Source of the DNA: Bacteroidia bacterium | GTDB lineage: Bacteria; Bacteroidota; Bacteroidia; UKL13-3 | DNA: 64,000 nt | Assembly (NCBI GenBank): GCA_040403075.1 | Contig: JBBALJ010000005.1 | Span: 4,948-68,947, forward strand | Direction of reading: 5' to 3' | Shown: in pieces, positions 58,166 to 64,000 of the stretch | How positions within the stretch are numbered: position 1 is the stretch's first letter | How the letters are laid out: each line of letters starts with the position of its first letter | Position numbers and translations under genes: made by a program | The notes under the pieces: generated by a model | What the model was told of the DNA's origin: nothing | The model's input: the letters and a program-made list of their open reading frames with translations, nothing else | Database searches by the model: none

Positions 58166-61057
58166 ATGAAGAAATCAATACTTTATGCAGGAGTGTTTTT
58201 GTTCTCGGCTTTTGCCACAATAAAAACCAATGCGCAAACTCCTGTTGCTGCCAATCCCAATCAGCCGGTTTTACTTGAAAAAGTAACAGCCGCTCCAGGT
58301 GAAGTTAAAATTGCATACGAAAAGTATCGTTTGCCAAATGGCCTAACCTTAATTATTCATGAAGATCATAGTGATCCAATTGTTCACGTGGAAGTAACCT
58401 ATCACGTAGGTTCTGCTCGTGAATCTGCTGGAAAGTCTGGATTTGCGCATTTCTTTGAGCATATGATGTTCCAAGGTTCTGTTCATGTGAGAGATGAAGA
58501 GCATTTTAAAATCGTTCAAGGTGCTGGAGGACAAATGAATGGTACTACCAATCGAGATAGAACCAATTATTTTGAAACTATGCCTGCCAACTACCTTGAA
58601 ACAGCCTTATGGTTAGAAGCTGACAGAATGGGCTATTTACTTGATTCGGTTACTCAAAAGAAATTCGAAGTTCAAAGAGCCACTGTTAAAAACGAAAAAG
58701 GCCAACGCGTTGATAACGTTCCTTATGGTAAGACGGATGAAATTAAAGATCAAATTTTATACCCAGACCGTCATCCCTATAGCTGGCCCACTATTGGTTA
58801 CCTAGAAGATTTGGATGCAGTAAATGTAGATGATTTGAAAAACTTTTTCATGCGTTGGTATGGTCCTAACAATGCTTGCGTAGTTGTTGCAGGTGACGTA
58901 AATCCTGCAGAAGTAATAAAATTAACTGAGAAATATTTCAACCCAATTCCTAAAGGTCCTGAGGTGAAAAACATGCGTATCGAGCCCGTTCGTTTGCCGG
59001 ATAACAAATATGCAAACTACGGTGATAACGTTTATTTACCTTTATACTATGTAGTATTTCCAAGTGTTAAATCTTTTCACCCTGATGAGCCAGCATTAGA
59101 TATATTGGCATTTGCTTTAGGAAATGGTAATAACTCTATTTTCTACAAGAATTTTGTAAAACCTGAAAAAGCAGTCCAAGCAAATGTATTTAACATTACT
59201 TCTGAGCTATCAGGTGAGTTTACTATTCAAATGGTAACATTCCCTGATGGCGAAACGGATGCTGAAACTTTGATGAAATCTACATTGGATGAATTTGAAA
59301 AAAATGGTATTAACGATGATGATCTAAATAGAGCTAAAGGTCAATACGAAACACAAATAATTGCATCAAATCAAAGTATTGCAGCTCGTGCTTCTCAATT
59401 AAGTCAATTGTGGTATTTGGGTAAAAATAATTATAACTTAAATGACGAAATTGCAAGATATAATAAGGTTACCAAAGAAGATGTAATGCGTGTATTTAAC
59501 CAATATATTAAAGGTAAAAACTATGCTATGGTTAATGTTTTTCCTAAGAAAACCAATGCGGCTAGCGGTGGAAAAGAAAAAGAAGAAACAAAAGCTGTTA
59601 CAACTTCAGGTACCAGATCTTCAACTGAATTAGAGTATAAAGGTTTAAGTTATACAACTCCTAAGGATAATTTTGATAGAAGCAAACGTCCTACAGTAGG
59701 CGAAGGCAAATCTCCAATAGTGCCAGAATATTTCACTGAAAATTGGGATAACGGTATTAAAGTTATTGGTTCTAAATCTTCAGAGAGTCCGATTGTTAAC
59801 ATTCTATTGTCAATGAAGGGTGGAAATGTTGCAGTAGGTGATCCTGCTAAAACTGGTTTAGCTAGCTTGACTGCTGATATGATGGGTGAAGCTACCCAAA
59901 ACTATACAACAGAGGCTTTTGAAAACGAGTTAGACAAAATAGGAGCAAGTATTAATTTTAATGCTGGTAAAAATGCTACTATCGTCCAAGTAAGCTGTTT
60001 GAAAAAGAACTTAGACCAAACTTTGAAATTATTAGAAGAAAAATTAATGCGTCCGAAATTTGTACAAGAGGACTTTAAATTAAATCAATCTCAAGCATAC
60101 CAAAGCATCAATTCTCGCAAAACTGATGCTACTTATAATGCTGATTTAGCATTTAGTAAATTGGTATACGGAAAAACCATTTATGGTGAGCCAGAAGATG
60201 GTACTTTAAAATCAATCAAGGCGCTTACTATAAAGGATGTTCAAGCTTACTATAACCAATTCTATGCCCCAGATTTTGCTACATTAACGATTGTTGGAGA
60301 TGTTAGTAAAGATGATGTTCTTTCTAAACTGGCTTTTATGAAAAACTGGCAAAAGAAAAATGTTAAGTTTCCTGTTAATCCTGCCTTCCCTCAAGCTGCT
60401 GCTAACAACAAACAAATATACTTAGTAGATAAATATAAAGCAGCTCAATCTGAAATCCGCTTAGGTAATTTAGGAATGAAATATGATTGGAATGATAAAT
60501 ATTTCAAATCAACAGCAATGAATTATCCGTTAGGTGGTAGTTTCAATAGTCGTTTGAACTTAAACCTTCGTGAAGACAAAGGATTTACATATGGTATTCG
60601 CTCTAATTACACCGCTTATAGAGATTATGAAGGTTACTTTATTATTTCAACTTCTGTTCGTACATCTTCAACTGATAGCTCAATGAAAGAGATTATGAAT
60701 GAAGTAAACGGTTACCGTGAAAATGGAATTACGGATGATGAATTGAAATTCATGAAATCTTCAATCACTCAATCTGATGCCTTGCGTTATGAAACCAACG
60801 GTCAAAAAGCGGGTTTCTTAAACCGTGTGGTTGAGTTAAATTTACCGTCTGACTATATCAAGCAACAAAATGGTATTATTAAAAATTTGACCAAAGAGGA
60901 AATCAATCAATTAGCTAAGGAAAACCTTAACCCTGATAAAATGATTTATATGATTGTGGGTGATAAAGAAAAAATTCAAAAACCACTAGAGAAATTAGGA
61001 TATAAAATTGTTGATTATAAAGAAGTTGAAGTGGCAACTCCAGTTTATCAGAGATAA
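58166..61057 (+). CDS. M16-family (pitrilysin/insulinase-like) zinc peptidase, double-unit
   Basis: 963-aa ORF with a signal peptide. Inverted zincin motif HFFEHMMFQG. A second, inactive M16-like half follows. Confidence 0.9.
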   Translation: MKKSILYAGVFLFSAFATIKTNAQTPVAANPNQPVLLEKVTAAPGEVKIAYEKYRLPNGLTLIIHEDHSDPIVHVEVTYHVGSARESAGKSGFAHFFEHMMFQGSVHVRDEEHFKIVQGAGGQMNGTTNRDRTNYFETMPANYLETALWLEADRMGYLLDSVTQKKFEVQRATVKNEKGQRVDNVPYGKTDEIKDQILYPDRHPYSWPTIGYLEDLDAVNVDDLKNFFMRWYGPNNACVVVAGDVNPAEVIKLTEKYFNPIPKGPEVKNMRIEPVRLPDNKYANYGDNVYLPLYYVVFPSVKSFHPDEPALDILAFALGNGNNSIFYKNFVKPEKAVQANVFNITSELSGEFTIQMVTFPDGETDAETLMKSTLDEFEKNGINDDDLNRAKGQYETQIIASNQSIAARASQLSQLWYLGKNNYNLNDEIARYNKVTKEDVMRVFNQYIKGKNYAMVNVFPKKTNAASGGKEKEETKAVTTSGTRSSTELEYKGLSYTTPKDNFDRSKRPTVGEGKSPIVPEYFTENWDNGIKVIGSKSSESPIVNILLSMKGGNVAVGDPAKTGLASLTADMMGEATQNYTTEAFENELDKIGASINFNAGKNATIVQVSCLKKNLDQTLKLLEEKLMRPKFVQEDFKLNQSQAYQSINSRKTDATYNADLAFSKLVYGKTIYGEPEDGTLKSIKALTIKDVQAYYNQFYAPDFATLTIVGDVSKDDVLSKLAFMKNWQKKNVKFPVNPAFPQAAANNKQIYLVDKYKAAQSEIRLGNLGMKYDWNDKYFKSTAMNYPLGGSFNSRLNLNLREDKGFTYGIRSNYTAYRDYEGYFIISTSVRTSSTDSSMKEIMNEVNGYRENGITDDELKFMKSSITQSDALRYETNGQKAGFLNRVVELNLPSDYIKQQNGIIKNLTKEEINQLAKENLNPDKMIYMIVGDKEKIQKPLEKLGYKIVDYKEVEVATPVYQR

Positions 61058-61077
61058 TTTTAACCAAAAGCATTATG

Positions 61078-61110
61078 AAGCGCCCACGCATTGCGTGGGC
61101 GCTTTTTTTT
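61078..61110 (+). terminator. strong rho-independent terminator
   Basis: AGCGCCCACGC att GCGTGGGCGCT followed by tttttttt. Confidence 0.9.
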
Positions 61111-61259
61111 ATAGGATTTTAGGGGTGTCAATAATTTATTTGCTTCAAATCCATATCATTTGAATGTTTTTTTTAAGTATATGGAAATTATTTGTTAATA
61201 GGTTGTTAATTGCGACAATATAACAATACCTTAATTTGTTATAAGAAATTGAGAAACAT

Positions 61260-62372
61260 TTGAAAACATCAAAAGATAAAAATATATGGCATTATGTGAT
61301 TCACTTAATGCACATCCATGATTGTGTAATTGTACCCAATTTTGGAGGATTTTTATTGCATGCTGAATATGCTAATATTGATGTTATTTCTGAATTAATG
61401 CACCCTTGCAATAGAAAGGTATCCTTTAATCAAAAGCTTAATTTAAATGATGGTTTGTTGGCAACCTTCATTGCGGATGAATTGAAAATATCATATTCAG
61501 ACTCTATCAAATTAATAGATATTGAATTGCAGGCTTTTTTGCAAAATTTAGAAAATGAAAAGAGAATAGAAATTGACTTGTTGGGTACATTTATACTAAA
61601 TGACTCAAATTATTTTCAATTCATTCCAAATACCAGAACCAATTTCTTAATGTCTGCTTTTGGTTTGCAGCCATTGCAATTGCATTCTAATAAGGTTTCT
61701 AGTTCGCCATTAGAAAAAGTTGCAAAAACTGCTGAAAAGAAATTAAATACAACAAATAGATACCCAAAAGTATCTAAAACTGCTAAAAGAAAGAGATCAG
61801 GTATTTGGTATTCAATATTGGCTACTTTTATGGTAGTGGTGCTCTTATTTAATGCCTATATTTTGCTTGAAACCTATCCAGTAGCGCCTTTGAGCAATGC
61901 GATTTCAAAAATGAATTTATCTTCAAAATTTGAAGAATTGTTTAGTTATAAAAGCCATGAATTAAAGGATTCTAAATTAGAATCTCCTAAAAATGAAGTA
62001 AAAGTAGAGGCTAAAAAAGTTGCATCCCAAATAATTGTTGATTCAGCTGTTTCTGCAAATGCACCTCAAGCTGAGATTGAATCTGTTGTTGAATCAAATA
62101 TTGAAAATAATAACACAGCTTTTAGCATGCATGAAGGAGATTCAGTATACTATATTATTGTGGGTGCTTTCAGACATAACAAAAGGGCGACTGCGCTATC
62201 AGAGAAATTAAAAAACAATGGATACAATGCTTCAGAGGTAGTGAAACCTAAGAAGTTTCATTTCAAATTGGTTACTGTAGGATCTTTCTCAAGCATGTAT
62301 GAAGTTTCTAAATCATTAACTCGTGTTCAAGAAGAGATACCTGATGCTTGGGTTTGCATGAGTGTTAAATAG
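61260..62372 (+). CDS. SPOR domain protein with N-terminal HU-like domain and one TM
   Basis: 370-aa ORF with TTG start. N-terminus HDCVIVPNFGGFLL. TM WYSILATFMVVVLLFNAYILL. C-terminal YYIIVGAFRHNKRATALSEKLKNNGY is SPOR-like. Confidence 0.65.
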   Translation: MKTSKDKNIWHYVIHLMHIHDCVIVPNFGGFLLHAEYANIDVISELMHPCNRKVSFNQKLNLNDGLLATFIADELKISYSDSIKLIDIELQAFLQNLENEKRIEIDLLGTFILNDSNYFQFIPNTRTNFLMSAFGLQPLQLHSNKVSSSPLEKVAKTAEKKLNTTNRYPKVSKTAKRKRSGIWYSILATFMVVVLLFNAYILLETYPVAPLSNAISKMNLSSKFEELFSYKSHELKDSKLESPKNEVKVEAKKVASQIIVDSAVSANAPQAEIESVVESNIENNNTAFSMHEGDSVYYIIVGAFRHNKRATALSEKLKNNGYNASEVVKPKKFHFKLVTVGSFSSMYEVSKSLTRVQEEIPDAWVCMSVK

Positions 62373-62426
62373 AATAATTCGATTGCATTTTATTTATCTA
62401 TTTCTCTTTCCGAAACTCCTTTATCC

Positions 62427-64000
62427 TTAGCGCACTTCAATCTCATCTACAAAAATAAAGGCATCACCACCAAAACCTTGATGACCTTGGGGCAGTGCAC
62501 CATAGTTTTTGGCTATAACTTTTACATAACGTGCTTTTGCTTTTTGCGGCAATCGACTAGATAATTTTTTTACAATGTTTTCATCTGTCTTCCAATCCAA
62601 ATCATGACCAACTTTTGCCACACTTGTAAAGTTTATTCCATCGATCGAAATAAAGTATTCAACTTCCTTTGGTAATAATATCCATGAACGAGAGTCTTGC
62701 AAATAATTAGATGAAATTTCACTGATTTCTTTGGTTTCTTGCAAATCAATTACAGATTCGAAATCCTGACTTTGGTAACCTTGCCAACCACCTTTGCGCC
62801 AATCTTTATAGCCTAATAAACCATCAATAATGCCAGCATCACCGCCAGCAGTATATTGTTTATTGTATTTACAATTGAGCTTCACTGTCCAATTGTGAGG
62901 GATTTTATGGAAGTAAGCTTCATTCAAATAATTTTCAATTTTGTTATCTGAATGTGCATGAATTTTGACTGAACTATTTATGTAAAAAGGTTTAATAAAA
63001 GCTTTGATAGGAGTCTCTTTAAAAGAGTTTTCATCGGCACCAGTCATGGTATAATATACCGTCGGTTTATTTGGATTTAGTGAGTAGATATTAATTAATA
63101 AACTGTCTCTAAATATTTTCCTATCTGCATCAATAATGGGGCTTATCTCAAAATTGTTAGTGCTTGCTTTGGTATCTTCAATTACAGATGTTGCATTGTA
63201 TTCAAACTTTTTACCTAAAATAAAGACTTCATCAAAAATAGATTTTCCTTTGGCATATTTATTTTCTCCAGGGCAAAATGGATAGAAACCCATGGCGCTA
63301 AATACATACCATGCGCTCATTTGACCGCAGTCTTCATTACCAGACAAACCATTAGGTTTGTTTGAATACATCTCATTGATAATTTGTAATACCTTTTGTT
63401 CTGTTTTCTCAGGTTTACCAACAAAGTTGTATAAATATGCCATATGATGACTGGGTTCATTTCCATGGGCATATTGGCCAATTAATCCTGTTATATCAGC
63501 TTGTTCTCTTCCATCTGTTTTACTTGATGTGCTAAACATTTTATCTAGTTTAGCTTCAAAATTAGCCTTACCTCCATAAACTTCAATCAAGCCTTTCACA
63601 TCCTGGGGTACAAAGAAATTATATTGCCAAGCATTGGCTTCAGTGTAGTGGTTGTTTACTTCTTTTGGGTTAAAAGGCTTCATCCATCCACCATTAGAAC
63701 GAGGCTGAATAAATCCATTGCTTGGGTTAAATAGGTTCTTCCAGTTTTCGCCACTAAAGTTTTGAAATGAAGTAGGGGAGGTATTGGTTGATTTGTATAA
63801 TTGAGATAAACACCAATCATTATAGGCATATTCAAGTGTTTTGCTCACTGATTCACTTTCATCTTCGATAGATAAATATCCCTTTTGATAATAGTTTGGG
63901 TATCCAAATTTGTTAAAATGATGAATTGATTTATCACATGCCTCAATAGCAAGTTTAGTATCGAAACCTTTTATTCCTTTGGCATAAGCATCCGCTATCA
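62427..64000 (-). CDS. GH92-family alpha-mannosidase with C-terminal discoidin (F5/8 type C)-like domain; 5' end outside the window
   Basis: GNEPSHHMAYLY and EYAYNDW are GH92 signatures. The ORF-track start at 63848 is a GTG. The frame stays open to 64000 and reads ...ADAYAKGIKGFDTKLAIEACDKS...GYLSIEDESESVSKTLEYAYNDW. The C-terminus ARYVKVIAKNYG...FVDEIEV is discoidin-like. Confidence 0.85.
   Translation of the reverse strand, partial: IADAYAKGIKGFDTKLAIEACDKSIHHFNKFGYPNYYQKGYLSIEDESESVSKTLEYAYNDWCLSQLYKSTNTSPTSFQNFSGENWKNLFNPSNGFIQPRSNGGWMKPFNPKEVNNHYTEANAWQYNFFVPQDVKGLIEVYGGKANFEAKLDKMFSTSSKTDGREQADITGLIGQYAHGNEPSHHMAYLYNFVGKPEKTEQKVLQIINEMYSNKPNGLSGNEDCGQMSAWYVFSAMGFYPFCPGENKYAKGKSIFDEVFILGKKFEYNATSVIEDTKASTNNFEISPIIDADRKIFRDSLLINIYSLNPNKPTVYYTMTGADENSFKETPIKAFIKPFYINSSVKIHAHSDNKIENYLNEAYFHKIPHNWTVKLNCKYNKQYTAGGDAGIIDGLLGYKDWRKGGWQGYQSQDFESVIDLQETKEISEISSNYLQDSRSWILLPKEVEYFISIDGINFTSVAKVGHDLDWKTDENIVKKLSSRLPQKAKARYVKVIAKNYGALPQGHQGFGGDAFIFVDEIEVR

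Overview
AT-rich chromosomal segment that looks like Bacteroidota. Lineage markers are a GldC gliding-motility ORF, four ORFs ending in T9SS-type C-terminal sorting domains, and TAnnTTTG -7 boxes. All calls rest on motif recognition and hand inspection; no similarity search or folding was run. Most of the window is ordinary core genome: hbd, gyrB, smpB, coaD, kdsA, hisS, hutH, gcvP, tRNA-His, a YebC-family regulator, a CcsA/CcmF-type cytochrome c biogenesis protein, an M16 peptidase and a partial GH92. Envelope and polysaccharide genes are interspersed: a Wzz/Wzc-like protein, two O-antigen-ligase-like proteins, a GT2-like protein and outer-membrane proteins. I found no transposase, integrase, CRISPR array, toxin-antitoxin pair or recognisable defence genes, so I cannot point to a clear novel multi-gene system. 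Four things deserve a second look. (1) Two adjacent giant paralogous T9SS-cargo genes (42036-51297) are built from a strictly phased ~705-bp module present in 3 and 5 copies, behind a ~500-aa N-terminal region I cannot name. (2) A 49-nt element occurs twice (36527-36575 and 37380-37428) around a small outer-membrane ORF, with pseudoknot-compatible pairing and one compensatory base-pair change. (3) A ~1-kb ORF-poor, visibly more GC-rich island (about 2620-3600) is packed with perfect hairpins. (4) An EPS-type operon has a half-size TolC-like protein where Wza is expected, plus a Wzc-like protein whose kinase motifs look degenerate.
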